A stretch of DNA of 64,000 nucleotides from Massalongia carnosa (taxonomy: Eukaryota). The stretch covers positions 1,116,001 to 1,180,000 of the forward strand of contig OZ287071.1 of assembly GCA_965645245.1 (NCBI GenBank), written 5' to 3'. The notes under the pieces were generated by a model. The model saw only the letters and a list, made by a program, of their open reading frames with translations. It ran no database searches and was not told where the DNA came from. Made by a program: the position numbers and the translations under genes. How positions within the stretch are numbered: position 1 is the first letter of the stretch; each line of letters starts with the position of its first letter. This document shows, piece after piece, positions 24,288 through 37,139 of this stretch.

Positions 24288-25565
24288 TCAACATCGTCCG
24301 TTAATAACGCTACTTTCCTCTTCGGTGAGGCTCAGACCCGGTTTTCGAAACAGCCCCTGCATCCAGCAGCGATGCATTTGTAGCTGTTTCTGTCGATTGA
24401 CAAGCAACCGCCTATCGACCCCCAAACTCACAATCTCAAACACCGGCGCCGGCTCCGGCTGTGCTACTGTGTTTTCCAAGCCATCGTTCTCCCTGGCCCC
24501 TTTCCCGCCCGGATCTTCGCCCTCACTTGAATCTCGCCCTGCTTTTTCATCCGTCTCGCCCCGTTCCTGCCTCTCCTCGTCTGGCGCGTTGCCCGTCTGC
24601 TGCATTTCCTCTTTCATAGCCCCGCCACCACCCTCCTGCCCTCCCCCAGCCACCTCCCCACCCCAAATCCCCCTCAACTCGTCCTCGGCGAAGAAATAAA
24701 CCCTTGTCCCATCCCCCCTCACATAAAAATTCTCCTCCAACCACCTGCCCTTCCGAAACCGCACCTGCGCTAGATCCCCACGTCCGTAATCCCGAAAACA
24801 CACCCGCCCCCCCGGCTTCAGCGCGCGAAACACGTTTCGCACCGCGCGCGCCCACTGCCGCGGACTGAGCGCGCTGAAAACGAAAATCAGCAACACGACG
24901 TCCACGCTGCCCGCCTCGACGCCAGCCGGCAAGCTCTCGCTCGCGACGTCCCAGACCTCAGCGCGCACGTAACGCTCATCGTACGCCGGTGCCGCGCGCA
25001 CAAGCTGCACGGCCTTGAGCGAGAAATCGCACGCGATCAGCCGCAGCCGCGGATTGCGGTTCGCCTGCACGATGGGGAACGCTGTGTTCCCCGCGCCCGC
25101 ACCGACCTCCAAGATGACCGCGCTACCCGCCCGCTCGGCCGTCAGCTCCGCCAGCACGGGGAACTCCTGCCTTAGCCATTTGCGGTCCTTGAAGAAGTTC
25201 GCCGTGTTGCAGCCGTAGAAGCGGTCCCACCATTTGGCCGGGTCGGCGTTGAACCGCGCGGCGTCGAACGCCGACACAGGCGAGGCGCGCTGCGCGGCGT
25301 ATTGCGCTTCTGCGTGGGCGAGGGCCGCGGCCGGGGGGGCAACGTGGTCCCAGGCGTTGAAGTCGTAGACGGAGGAGGTTGGGAGGAGGTGGCGGGAGCC
25401 GAATTGAAAGGGAGCGCTGGCTTTTTGATTGTTAAGCGGGGAGTGGGAAAGGTGCGGGGGAAAGGGGAGGGAGGGGGGAGAGGTGGGAGCGGGAGTTGAG
25501 GGGGGTGAGGTGGAGGTAGCGGAGAGCGAGAGAGAGGAGATTTCGGGTGGTGGTGAAGTCGACAT
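24288..25565 (-). CDS. TRM140: tRNA m3C32 methyltransferase (Trm140/Abp140, METTL2/6 family), intronless
   Basis: FQFGSR, NAWDHV, FFKDRKWLRQEFP, LEVGAGAGNT, FRDYGRGDLAQVRF, YVRGDGTRVYFF and DRRLLVNR. Confidence 0.93.
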   Translation of the reverse strand: MSTSPPPEISSLSLSATSTSPPSTPAPTSPPSLPFPPHLSHSPLNNQKASAPFQFGSRHLLPTSSVYDFNAWDHVAPPAAALAHAEAQYAAQRASPVSAFDAARFNADPAKWWDRFYGCNTANFFKDRKWLRQEFPVLAELTAERAGSAVILEVGAGAGNTAFPIVQANRNPRLRLIACDFSLKAVQLVRAAPAYDERYVRAEVWDVASESLPAGVEAGSVDVVLLIFVFSALSPRQWARAVRNVFRALKPGGRVCFRDYGRGDLAQVRFRKGRWLEENFYVRGDGTRVYFFAEDELRGIWGGEVAGGGQEGGGGAMKEEMQQTGNAPDEERQERGETDEKAGRDSSEGEDPGGKGARENDGLENTVAQPEPAPVFEIVSLGVDRRLLVNRQKQLQMHRCWMQGLFRKPGLSLTEEESSVINGRC

Positions 25566-25753
25566 GTTTTGTGGTGTGGTATGCTGGAGGGTTGGGATGG
25601 TGGTAGAATTTTCATGACATTGGCGGGGATTTTTCAAATGGCCGAGGAATCTCCGAAGTTAAGCCTGCAACCCTCAAAATTAAAAATTTTTTTGAATCCT
25701 CCAAGGCACTTGTACCTATTCGCGGTCAAGGAGCTCCTCAAACACTCCACTAA

Positions 25754-26527
25754 ATGCGCCCCCGCACCCTTCTCAACCATCTCCTCCGCTCGCACATCCA
25801 CACCCTCTGCACCCCCAACCACTTTAACCTTCCCCCCCCCTCCTCCTTCCACAGAACCTTCCTCACGGCATTTCCCCCCCAACGCCTAACTGCCTCGCGC
25901 ATCCTGCCCTTCCCCGCCGCTGCCATCTTCGCGCTTATCGCCGACATCCCCGCCTACCCGTCCTTCCTCCCGTACCTCACCTCCGCGCACACGCTCTCGG
26001 TCTCGGGGCCCGACGCGCTCACGCGCACACGTTGGCCGCGCGCCGCCGACCTGCGCGTCGGATGGGGCCCGTACGACGAGGTGTTTCGCTCCAGGGTGTT
26101 TTGCAAACCGAACAGCATCGTGGAGGCGGTGGCGGGGAGCGCGAGGTGCTCAATGGCGAGGGAGGAGTTGCCGCATTATTATGATGGGGCAGAAGAGGCG
26201 GGTGAAGAGAGCGGGGGGGAGGAGCCTGGCAATTCGGTTTTCAGCTCGCTGTTAACGCGTTGGACACTGCACGAGTTTCCATATAAGCCGCCGCCACCGC
26301 CGTCCCCAAAGGCGGACGGGGTTCCTATGCAGGAGAAGACTGCGAGCGTGAGGAGTGAGTGCAGGACGGAGGTGGGGTTGGTGATTGAGGTGCAGTTCGC
26401 TAGCGCGGTTTATGCGGCGCTGAGCCAGGCTGTGGCGCCCAAGGTCGCGGGCATCATGATCGAGGCTTTTGAACGGCGGGCGTCGGAGGTTTTGGGAGAA
26501 GGAATGGGAAACCGGGAAAGAGTCTAG
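25754..26527 (+). CDS. COQ10: Coenzyme Q-binding START-domain protein, mitochondrial
   Basis: Arg-rich presequence, IFALIADIPAYPSFLPY, ADLRVGWGPYDEVFRSRV and MIEAFERRA. Confidence 0.88.
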   Translation: MRPRTLLNHLLRSHIHTLCTPNHFNLPPPSSFHRTFLTAFPPQRLTASRILPFPAAAIFALIADIPAYPSFLPYLTSAHTLSVSGPDALTRTRWPRAADLRVGWGPYDEVFRSRVFCKPNSIVEAVAGSARCSMAREELPHYYDGAEEAGEESGGEEPGNSVFSSLLTRWTLHEFPYKPPPPPSPKADGVPMQEKTASVRSECRTEVGLVIEVQFASAVYAALSQAVAPKVAGIMIEAFERRASEVLGEGMGNRERV

Positions 26528-27067
26528 AATGAGGGGCCCGAACTAGGGTGGTGTTGAGGGGTGTGTGAATATATAAGCATTTGATGGGAGCTGTACATAT
26601 CAAACTAAACATGGTGCTTGGAGTAATATAGCCGCATCGAGAGGGAACACGCAAAGCTAGATATCATCCTGTTTCAGTACTCGATAACTAGACCACGGCC
26701 TTTCGAAGCCTATTGTCTCTTTGAATACATTCTCGTTCATGTCGCCACGCCCCTTAAGAGCGGCCCGAGGATTTGTAAGGCTTCGCTGATGTGTCTCAGT
26801 GCTGTAGAAATTTTCATAACAAAAAACCATTTCCACACCACTGACCGTCATAGATATATATGTAAAGCGGCCGACAGGCTGATGCGGAGAACCATGAATC
26901 GAGATCCCTCCAGGAAAATTGTGATGTTCAAACAAGGGGGAAAGTAGTCTGTAGTACGTAATCCACTTGAAATTCTACCGCATCTGCCCCCATCATCTGT
27001 ACTTTTCAAATCGTTTTCTAAAACGCTCACATATCCCCTCCGCACTACATTCATTTTATAACGATCG

Positions 27068-28750
27068 TCATGTTTCCACGAGCCGGACCCCTAGCTGCAC
27101 TCCTCCATCTTTACTCGGAGGGACAGTGTGTTCCAAGGAAGCTGTCGATTCCGTATCTCCTTTTTTTAGCGGGGCTTGGAGAGCTTGTAAACCAATTGTA
27201 GGGCTCTGAATGCGCGGGTGATACCCCGTATCTTGTTCGAAATCTTTGGCGCCCAGCCGATGCGCTGGATGGGTGTCAGCCTCAGGTAGTGGCGCTGTGG
27301 AACGACGACGTGGCTGCATTTCAAACCCATCTTCGCCGAAATCATGTTCGGAAGAAGAAGTAGACCAGTTACCATCGCTACGCCTTTCCCGCGGCCTCCT
27401 TTCGTTGAGAGGAGAAAAGGCAGGCAGAGCATTTGGAGCATTCCGCTCGGTCGAAGATGCCGATGCGTCACGCCGATGGCGGAATTCACTTTGTCGAAGA
27501 CGTTGTGATTTTGAAATCTGTTGCCGAAATAGATTCGGTTCGGCTTCAGCGTACGAGGCTTGTCTGGCCGGCATGCGGGGGCTTCGAAAGGCGGGTCCTG
27601 GTTGCTCCTCATCTATACGGCCAGTGTTCGTTCGGAGCGGTTCCACACCCTGATCTCGCGATACCTGGCGCTCTTCTGGATGCGGAATTTTCGGCTCGGA
27701 ACCCCAGCTGCGGATTGGGTACGCTCGCCCTTTTCTCCATGATTCGCTGACGGGGGGAAAGTACTGGCGATAAGCCCCATACGCCATTGCAATCCCAAGG
27801 AAGCTCCCAGAAATAACGTCGAAGGGATGATGACGAGCGTCCATGATGCGTGAGATAGCAATCAGAGCCGCACCGAGAGTTGGTATCATGACGAGAAATG
27901 ATTTCCAGACCTCGCCCCTCTTGTCCAAAATATGTAGTTTTCCCGCAAGATAAAGAGAGAGATAGAAAAGTCCAGCAAACGCAGCTACATCGCGGTATCA
28001 GTTCAGAGTTATAGTAGAGCACTCTGCGTGTAAACCTACAGCTGCTGTGCCCTGACGGAAAGCTTCTAAATCCATCCTTGAGAATTGCATGGTTTTGTTG
28101 TAGGCAAATGGTGCTATTGGAAAGCCCATATGGCGACGGGTCTTGTGTTCCTGGTTCTGGACGACATCTGTCTATCAAATCAGGCCGTGGCTTTCCGGTT
28201 GCATTTTTAAGAGCTCCTGTTATTACAAATGCGAGCCCTTGAGAAAGCACAAGCCCCAAGATGCCACAGTTGAGTTCCCACAGCCGCTCCTTCAAAGTAT
28301 ATTTATTCTTACGCCCATCCGGCATGGATTGATGAGAGAATATACCATCAATGGCCAAGGCATATATTGCAATTATTATTGCTGGGACCACTGCGTCTAA
28401 CGCCACAGCAAAATTAATGGTAATCCTTTCCTTAACGGCGTACGGGTATTGAATGGTGTAATTCCTTAAAGAGAAATGTTGGTGATACGGCTCAACAGCA
28501 TCGAGAGTATAGAAGCCAATGATGAGGACTCTGCTCGTGAAAATTTATTAGCACCAATGTTATAGAAAAGGTCCTTAGTATGGGCGGAGCCCTTCTCACA
28601 AAATAATCACGTAGTCGAGGATATATCTGACGAGCGTCAATACGATATGAATGACTAGCATTAATGTCTCTCGTCTTACGAAATGACTACTCTTGTTGGT
28701 AGATTGTTCGCTGCCCGAGCGAACCTCTGAGGGAGGCGAGGAGCTTCCAT
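27068..28750 (-). CDS. PAP2-family lipid phosphate phosphatase (DPP1/LPP1-like), 4 exons, long C-terminal tail
   Basis: Phosphatase motifs KNATGKPRPD, SFPSGHSS and SRIMDARHHPFDV. Spliced start MEAPRLPQ...VVISYILDYVII. Confidence 0.92.
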
Positions 28751-30378
28751 AGTAGTTGGTTAGTGGGGTTTTATTTCTCGGGGTTAAGTTTGTCAGAGAG
28801 AGAATTTTATATTCCAAGCAGATTGAAAGCAGCAGTGAACCACCGAGGAGCCATTCATGTTGGTGTGAACGTTGGCAGAACTACCCTATACTTTCCCGCC
28901 AGTGCTCCGGACGTTGTGGAGGCGAAGCTAAGTACGGTTATGTATCCATGACTCAGCCGTACCGCACGCGAGCATTGACCAAGTTAGGATGTTAACAATA
29001 ATTCATGAGCATCTACAGAGTACGTTCCAGGAAAATCCATAGGGACATCTACTCCAGCCAGAAATTTACCTCATTCTGATTTCATTCTCTCATTCTGCTG
29101 ACAACTCCTTAAGTACTCTTTACTATTTCAGAGTCTATCCCCGCGAAGGTCACCTACGATCTTACGCTTACCACAAAAGTCAAGGACTGTCAAGTGTTAA
29201 CAAGTTTTCAATGGGATTATAAAAACTCCGGCATTGATTGGTATTATTTCAGATTGCCTACACCGGTGGAGAAACGGTAACCATGCCCTACTGTAGCTCC
29301 AGAATTTGGTCCGTTGGGGAGACCTGCGTTCCCATTCAGACATCGACGAGCGCTTGACCAAGAGTATAATACGCTGCATTGAAACTATGATTAGGACCAT
29401 GAGGTCTAATAATGAAATCTAACCTGGTTTGACATGCGGAGAAGGCAATGTAGACAGCCTTCTATACACCCAAGGCCAGACTGTAGCCTGCACGTGTTTT
29501 GGGCGTGATACTTCTCCGTTCTCGAATAGTGATCAACCGACAAGACAAATGGAGTATGCACTGAAATACAAGCGTTAAAGAGCCACCTAGGAAATTAGGT
29601 AGTTCATCAGAGGAGACCTGTAGACTATGCTTGAGCTAAAGAACATAAAAAAAACAATTAGGAGTAAAAACAGAATAAAAAGGATCAGCTCGCAACGTCG
29701 AAGCATGAGATATAGTATGGAGTGCTGCTCAATCTAAATAGCCTAAAAATGAATGGTTTAAGAAGACAGGCAAACTAGCCACAGCCAACCACAATGTTTT
29801 GACTCTTTCGTGGCGTTTCTATCATTAATATTAGCCACACTGTTTATTGAGGGTCCATTCTCAGCTTGCAACAGGCATGCTAGAGGGTTTGTGAGTTATA
29901 ACCCAACCAGGATGCTCAAGCTTCGAATCTTGTCTCTTTCTAGCTTCTACGCAAAAACCATATCAATTACGGTATTAATCCCAGTATGATACTAATCAAG
30001 TAGATGCCAAGCGTCTTGAGGCAGGTTCCTCTCGTTTGGCGGTTAAGGATTCTTCTGGTTCGACCATTTTTCTAGTTTGGCCAACCGATCACTGATGATT
30101 CTCTATGCATGAGCTGGCTTGGAGGGAAGCAGACCACTCACGAGGAAACTGTAATGTGATGACGAAATTCTTCATCTAGGAGTACTCCGAGAATGTGTGC
30201 TGATACAATGATTCGTGTGGTTTGTAAGCTTAGGGGTAAGCTCCTAGATCACTAATACGTATATGAAACATCCGATATCTAGTATGTCGTAAATCCGTAA
30301 TCTACCGTACCTTAAAGCCGGTAACAAAATGAAATACGGAGTATTATGCTTGAATTCAGCAAACATTATACTGGAGCA

Positions 30379-30628
30379 CGCAGGGACCAAAATTGTCGCG
30401 ACGCCATAATTTCACCCCACCAACAAAACATCAATTTATTTACATACAAGACGATCATAAGATTGCTACTAATGACCTGTCATCCTTCCATCACCGTCCA
30501 AAACATCTTCCAGTTATTGAGGCATACCCAGAATCATTGCTGACGTTGCATACTGAATAAGTTATTTGATGATGAAAGGTTTTTTGGTGGGGTGAAAGTT
30601 TGGTGTCGCGACAATTTTGGTCCCCGCG
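30379..30628. mobile_element. MITE (non-autonomous DNA transposon), about 250 bp with ~50-bp imperfect TIRs
   Basis: Left CGCAGGGACCAAAATTGTCGCGACGCCATAATTTCACCCCACCAA versus reverse complement of the right end CGCGGGGACCAAAATTGTCGCGACACCAAACTTTCACCCCACCAA. TA on the right flank, CA on the left. Confidence 0.85.
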
Positions 30629-31290
30629 TACGGAGCTACCTAATCCAAAGGGAAGAAGATCACATTGGAGCAGTAGGCTTTGCGGGGCGCACGACGTCGA
30701 TCGGCTGTAGGTCTTGAATAAGATAAGTGTAACTCTGTAGCCTGGATAAATGTACAGAAACAGGTTAAAGGCTGAGCAGCAAGGAAGCCCACGAATGAAG
30801 CGCCGATGCTAGAAGCTATCGATTAGCCTAGACTCGGAAAACGATGAAAATGGGGGTAAAGTGCACCGGGGCAGACACTTGAATGAAAGCAATGGATGAC
30901 CAGCTTTTTGGCCAAAATGCTGATTTATTGGGCTTCTCCAACTTGTAGCCGATTTACCCAAAGGTCTCGGCTTGAATGTCGTCTGATTGCTTGGCGAGGA
31001 GTAGACTCTGTACTGTGTACATACTGTGTACCTGGTACCATGAGATGACAGTCCCCGAATCTGAGACATGTACCGAGTAGATAAGTTACAGCCGAGGCAG
31101 TTTGCATTCAGTTTTGTTAATACATCTCTAGGTACGCGTATCGTTTTAAGAACACTAGGAGGATCGAGTGTTGTTGAATGCGGTCAATCTAGCTTTCCTA
31201 TTCATGGCATGAGCGACTTCGTGTGCTTTTCGTTCCTTCTAGGTTGTGATCTTGTAATCGGTACGAGTCTTACGGATTGCTAGTTAGACT

Positions 31291-33374
31291 ATGGTTGGTA
31301 CGTTACGACGTCGCTTCGAGTTTTGATAGGATACAAAGCGGGCTGAAAAACTGATAAATACCTGTGATGTTCAGCGCCCCTCGCCATTGCAGGTCCGGCC
31401 GCATTTCTTGCGGGAGCCGCATGGCTAAATGCAAAGACCCAGCTTTCCTACGACTTTCTTCTCTTGTCGGCACTCACGAAGGCCAACATCAAGATCGCCG
31501 TTCACGAGAGGCGGGATCAGCTCAATCTCTTCTATGTCTTTGAAAAGCATGCGACTACCAAGCCAACCGCAAACCACATCTTTCTTGCTTACAATGGGAA
31601 GGATTGGAGCTTCAAAGAGGTGTATGACCTGGTGCTTAAATACGGAACTTGGATGAAGTCGACATACGCAATTGCGCCCAAGGAAGTCATTGCTATCGAT
31701 TTCATGAACTCCCCACATTTCATTTTCTTTTGGCTGGCACTCTGGAGTCTGGGCGCCCGTCCGGCCTTTCTGAACTACAATCTGACCGGTCAATCCTTAC
31801 TCCACTGTATCAAGACCTCAACAGCCCGGATTGTCTTCGTTGACGGAAAAACAAGGGCGCAATTTCTTCCTGATATACTGACAGCTGTTGCATCGCCCAC
31901 CTTTCGAGATGGAATAGGCCCCACGCAGGTAGTCTTCTTTGACGAAGCGCTTGAGCAACAGATTCATGCTACGCAAGGCGTTAGAGAGCCCAATTCATCA
32001 AGGGCAGGGGCTACCGCGGTTGAGATGGCGATTTTGATCTTTACTAGCGGCACTACTGGCCTTCCAAAGGCAGCAATCGTGAGTTGGAATAAAGCTACCG
32101 TTGGAAGTACATTCGTATCCACGTGGCTGAGCATGAAGCAAAAGGATAGGCTTTATACCGTAGGTTTTCTTCTCGCCTGCTACATCTCCATTACCGTCTG
32201 TGGAGTAAATTACATTTGTACCGTTTTGACCGATCTTCAGTGTATGCCCCTCTACCATGCCTCCGCTGCACTCCTTGGATTCTGTTCATGTCTTATAAAT
32301 GGTTGTACCTTCATCATTGGCCATAAATTTAGCACCCGAAACTTCTGGCCCGAAGTGCGCGCGTCGAACGCAACTATAATTCAATACGTCGGTGAAACAT
32401 GTCGCTACCTTCTCGCTGCCCCACCTCAACTCGATCCAACCACTGGCGAAGACCTTGACGGGAAAAACACCGTCAGGGTAGCTTTTGGGAACGGACTACG
32501 GCCTGATGTTTGGAATCGATTTAAAGAGCGCTTTGGTATTGATACCGTTGCAGAATTCTATGCAGCCACAGAAGGCCCGCAAGGAACATGGAACATCTCC
32601 TCAAATGACTTCTCTCGAGGCGCCATTGGCCGCAACGGCTTTCTTAGCAGGTGCTATCTGAATACTCAATATGTTATTGTAAAGCTAGACTGGGTGCTGG
32701 AGCTTCCCCTTCGCTCTCCCGAAAACAATAATTTCTGCACAAAGGTTTCACCAGGCTCACCCGGTGAACTTCTTTGCAAGGTCGACGCTGCCCAAATTGA
32801 CAAGAAATTCCAGGGCTATTTTAACAACGCCAAAGCCACGAACGGCAAAGTTCTCCGCGACGTCTTCGCAAAAGGCGACGCTTGGTTCCGCACCGGAGAC
32901 GTCGTCCGGTGGGACTCCGAGGGGCGATGGTACTTCTGCGACCGCGTGGGCGACACCTTTCGATGGAAAGCCGAGAACATTAGCACCGCCGAAGTCAGCG
33001 AAGCGCTCGGCACCCATCCTGCCGTACAGGAAGCTAACGTGTACGGCGTGGAGATCCCGCACCACGAGGGCCGAGCCGGGTGCGCGGCCATGGTTCTTGA
33101 CCGGGATGCCAGCCAAACCCTGCTGGATGGGGTCGCCACCCACGCGAAAGAACGCCTGCCGCGCTACGCAGTTCCATTGTTCCTGCGAATCATGAGCGAA
33201 ATACAAGCTACAGGGAACAACAAGCAGCAGAAGCATGTGCTGCGGGCGCAGGGGGTAGAGCCGGGAAAGGTAAGGGGAGCTGGAGATCGGATGTTCTGGC
33301 TCAGGGAAGGGACCTATGTAGAATTTGAGGATAGGGACTGGGAGCAGCTGCAGATGGAGAGATTACAACTTTGA
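31291..33374 (+). CDS. FAT1: Very-long-chain acyl-CoA synthetase / fatty acid transport protein; introns 31298..31374 and 32160..32240
   Basis: AMP-binding IFTSGTTGLPK, QYVGETCRYL, GNGLRPDVW, FYAATEG, and FATP signature GDAWFRTGD...DRVGDTFRWKAENIST. Confidence 0.93.
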
Positions 33375-34274
33375 AAAGGAGATGTACGCATATCGACCAC
33401 TCTCGGTTTATTCTTAACATAGTCAGCGGTTTTCTGTTTGCTTTTTTTTTCTGGTACAAGTTTCCCCCCCTATCGGCAACTCCTCTCCTCCCCTCGCCGC
33501 CCTACTGGACCTCCTCCTAGCCACCCAGTACTCCCAGGCTAATCCTTCAAGAACCACCGTCTCGCATCTCAGCTAGGAATAATGACAGACGGAATTTTCA
33601 CCAATGAAAGTATCGAGGAGAAATCTCCCCCCTCCTATAAAAAATAACTAACCAGCAAAGGAGACCCAAAACCCCCACGTCTCTGAAAAAACCCCATCCC
33701 TGAAAGTTGTACATCTCTCTTAGATATTTCATAAAAATATAGGTACCTACTTATCTAGGAAATCCTCCCCCCTATTTTATTTAATTTACTCACCCACCCC
33801 TCTGCTTCCTCTACTTTCTCCCTTCCCACCCCCCTCCTAGTTAAACGAAAGAGAGTAAAGGTCAGGAAGTAGGCGGCGAGGCCTCGACCTCCGAGTAGTT
33901 TAATTTTCGCTTCCTAGATGAGGTCGGTTAGAAGTTCTGGTCAGATCGCTCGGCTTAACTAAGTACCTCTTTCTGCTGTTTTTTTTTTCTATTTTTGTTT
34001 ATTTTAGATGTGGGTGGGATGGATGGTCTTATTAGCGCTTTTGTATGTATTTAGCAAGGAGGGGGGGTGGAGGTGGATTGATGAATTAGCGAAGATGGAT
34101 GGATGGGTTGTAGGAGAAGTGTTTAAGGGGAATGGTACCGAAGATAACGGACGTAGAAGGGCAAGAGCTTTTTCATGCTGCGTTGTGTGGATACTGTCAA
34201 TATCTCTCTATGCGAGTAAAATGTAGAAATCCTCAGTATAGTACACCCTAAACCGCCTCGGCCCAACTATACCC

Positions 34275-36376
34275 CTAAAAATCACTCCTCAACGCTGGAA
34301 ACAATACCCCCACGTGCCCCCTCCCTACGTCAACCAACGGAACCCCGTACTCCAGATCCTTCTCGACCGCATGCTGAAACAATCGCGATGCGGGCGCAAC
34401 GCCGAGCAAATCGAGCAGGTGTTTCGCCTTGGACGGCATGTACGGCTGCAGTAGAATGCCACAGACGCGGAGCGATTCCACCCCAAGGTAGATGATGCTG
34501 TCAAGCTCTTTTTGCTGTTCGGGGGCATTGAGACCCCAGGGGGCGGAGTCTTGCATTTGTTTATTTGTCTGGGGGCGGGCAGGGAAAGGGGTTAGTTTAG
34601 AAGTGAAACTAAATGTAGGATAAGGTGAAGGAGCTACAAACCTGACGGACTACCCGCATGATGGCATCCAGCGCTGCGCCAGAATCGAGGTTCACCTCCA
34701 TTTGCTTCGCGACGAATGATGGCAGTTCTTCCAGCATTTTCCAGAGGTCCAAAACGGATGAATCTTCGCCCTTAACACTAGATTGCACAGCTCGGCGGAC
34801 ACTCCACCCTTTCCCGCGCACGAGCCGACTGACCAGGTTCCCCAGAACGCCTTGAAGGTTGTTTTTATAGATCTCGATGATGAAGGCGTTGTCATAGCTT
34901 GCGTCGTCCTTGAGGCCGCCTCGGAGCGCGAGGAAGTAGCGCATTGTGTCCACGCCGAAGCGCTCTAGGGCGAAGAAGGGGTTGACGACGTTACCGGTTG
35001 ATTTGGACATTTTCTCTCGGCCAAGGGTCCAGTGGGCGTGGGTAAGAATTTGATAGGGGAGGGGGATGTCAAGGGCCATAAGGAAGGCGGGCCAATAGAT
35101 GCAGTGGAAACTTTGATGGGATCAGCAAAATTCTTTGCGTGGATTTCAAGGGGAACTTCCTTACCGGACGATATCCTTCCCAATTACGTGACAGTTTGCA
35201 GGCCAACCTGCTGCATTTTCCTGGCCCGGTATTTGGAAAGGATAGTTTGCCTTGGTGAGGTAGTTTATCAAAGCATCAAGCCAAACATATATAGTTTGGG
35301 ATTTGTCGTCTGGAACCGGGATTCCCCAATCCAATCTTTCTACAGGGCGTGATATTGACAAGTCCTCAAGGCCTGATTTTACTTGATCGACAACGTCTTT
35401 CATCCGCGTGGAAGGAAGGATAAAGGTAGGATTATCGTAATAAAATTGGAGAAGGCGATCCTTCAATGCTGACATGCGAAAATGGTAATTATTTTCTGAA
35501 GTCCACTCGACTTCTTTTCCGGTTTCCAAGGATGCCTAGAGAGGGCTAAGTCATGTTCCAGGCTCTTTCAATACTCGGTTCCTACCATGAATTTCCGCCC
35601 TGTGGATGGATCGAGCGCAAGTTGCACAGCAGATTCCGGGTAGAAGGTTTCATCGCTAACGGAATACCATCCCTCGTGCTTCGATGGATATATGAAACCT
35701 CGCTCTTTTAGCATGAGCTTGGCAAAAGTCAGCCGTTGTACTGACGTATCTCTCTAGGTTGTAGAAGTGGCGCACCCAAAAATGCTGTACTGCAAATCTA
35801 TGGTCGGGATCAGTCGTGCGGATGAAGTGGTCTCGATCAATATGAGCTTTTTGTGCTAGGTCCTGCACTACTTTTAACATCTCAACTCGAATGCTTGGAA
35901 ATTATTCCTTACGTCGAAAGCCGAGGCATTCTCGTCACATAAGGAGCGCACATCTTGCCCGGCTTTCACCGCCGCTCGCTGAATCTATCACCAGTGCCAA
36001 ATTCAGCATCTTTTCACCCCCCCGGCAAGCCAGCGTACTTTCATGCCATGTTCATCTGTACCGGTACAAAGTATCGCTTTTTCCCCTCGGAGAACATGCC
36101 ATCGTTTGAGAATATCCGTAAGCACTAACGAGTACAAGTGGCCGACGTGTGGAGCTACGGAAAGTATCAATTATATCATATGAATTCATCCAGAGGAAGG
36201 CTCCAACCTGCGTTAACATAGAAAATGGGAGTAGTGATATAGTATGGTTTTCTTGGTTGCGGAGGTTGCGCTGAGGAACTTTGCCTGCGTATCCGCGCAC
36301 GACAATTGAAACATTTCCAGTTTTTTAATAAAAAGGTGGATCTGTAAATAGTATTGCTGAGCCCTCGTGATTTCAT
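34275..36376 (-). CDS. MSM1: Mitochondrial methionyl-tRNA synthetase, multi-exon
   Basis: Presequence then YYITTPIFYVNA, FIRTTDPDH, DLSISRP, WGIPVP, YVWLDALINY, IGKDI and KMSKS. Confidence 0.93.
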
Positions 36377-36577
36377 TCTGGGTAGCTCTACGTTTACAGA
36401 AGATTTGGATGTTGAATAGGGTATGGTCCGAGCTCATCCGGCAATACCATTTTCCCGATTTCCGAAAACGGCGGCTACTTCCCTCCACTACTTTTTTTAC
36501 TCGTACGCTTAGACAGCAGAAAGTGATTCTGCATACAATAGCCAGACTGCTTCTTTGAAACTGGAGATTTTGCAATA

Positions 36578-37139
36578 ATGACGGCTCTTAGTCCAGATAT
36601 CGCAGTAAAGGTATCTACAGATGGTTTGAATACAAGGATCACTGTCTAGAACCTGAATAGCTAAGCTCTCTGCAGCTGCTCAAAACCTTGTGGATACTTA
36701 CTATCTTGCCCTACAATCCAAACGAAAGAGCTTGTCGTCTTTCTACATGGAGGCGACGACTATGCCCGACGGCAAGCCTTTACCTGCTATCACATTTAAT
36801 GGCAATGTCATCCCAAATTCTGCGGATATGCAAACGATGTTCGAAAATCAGATGCCAGCCTTGAGGATTGAGGTTCAGTGCTTCGATGCCCAAGTCATAA
36901 ACCCGAACTACATTCCGGAAAATTCACAAGGCACTGTCAGTTCCAGTGGGAAAAACATGACTATCTTGGTTATAGTCAGTGGATACATTAAATATGGGGA
37001 AGCTCGGGATGCAGCTACGAGAGGCTTTAGTGAAAACTTCGTGCTCGTACCCAATCCAGAGGCTGCAAAGGCTAAGAGTCAGGGAAAGCAATTTAAACCG
37101 TGGCTAATCCAAAGTCAAAACTTCAGGCTTGTGGTGTGA
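36578..37139 (+). CDS. NXT1: NTF2-related export protein (Nxt1/p15-like); intron 36624..36675
   Basis: Spliced start MTALSPDIAVKVSTDAAQNLVDTYY, FNGN motif, GFSENFVLVPN and WLIQSQNFRLVV. Confidence 0.85.

Noticed and set aside
24288..25637. Programmed +1 frameshift as in S. cerevisiae ABP140
   Set aside because: The ORF is continuous, I saw no CTT-AGG-C site, and there is no separate upstream actin-binding ORF.
30030..30210. Pol III A/B-box-like and C/D-box-like words (GGTTCGACC; TGATGA...CTGA)
   Set aside because: No tRNA cloverleaf, and no rRNA-complementary guide that I could recognise. It would need a tRNAscan or snoscan run.
33355..33380. Peroxisomal PTS1 or stop-codon readthrough signals at gene ends
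   Set aside because: FAT1 ends LQL (non-canonical), and none of the stops I inspected has the TGA-CTA readthrough context or an SKL-type extension.
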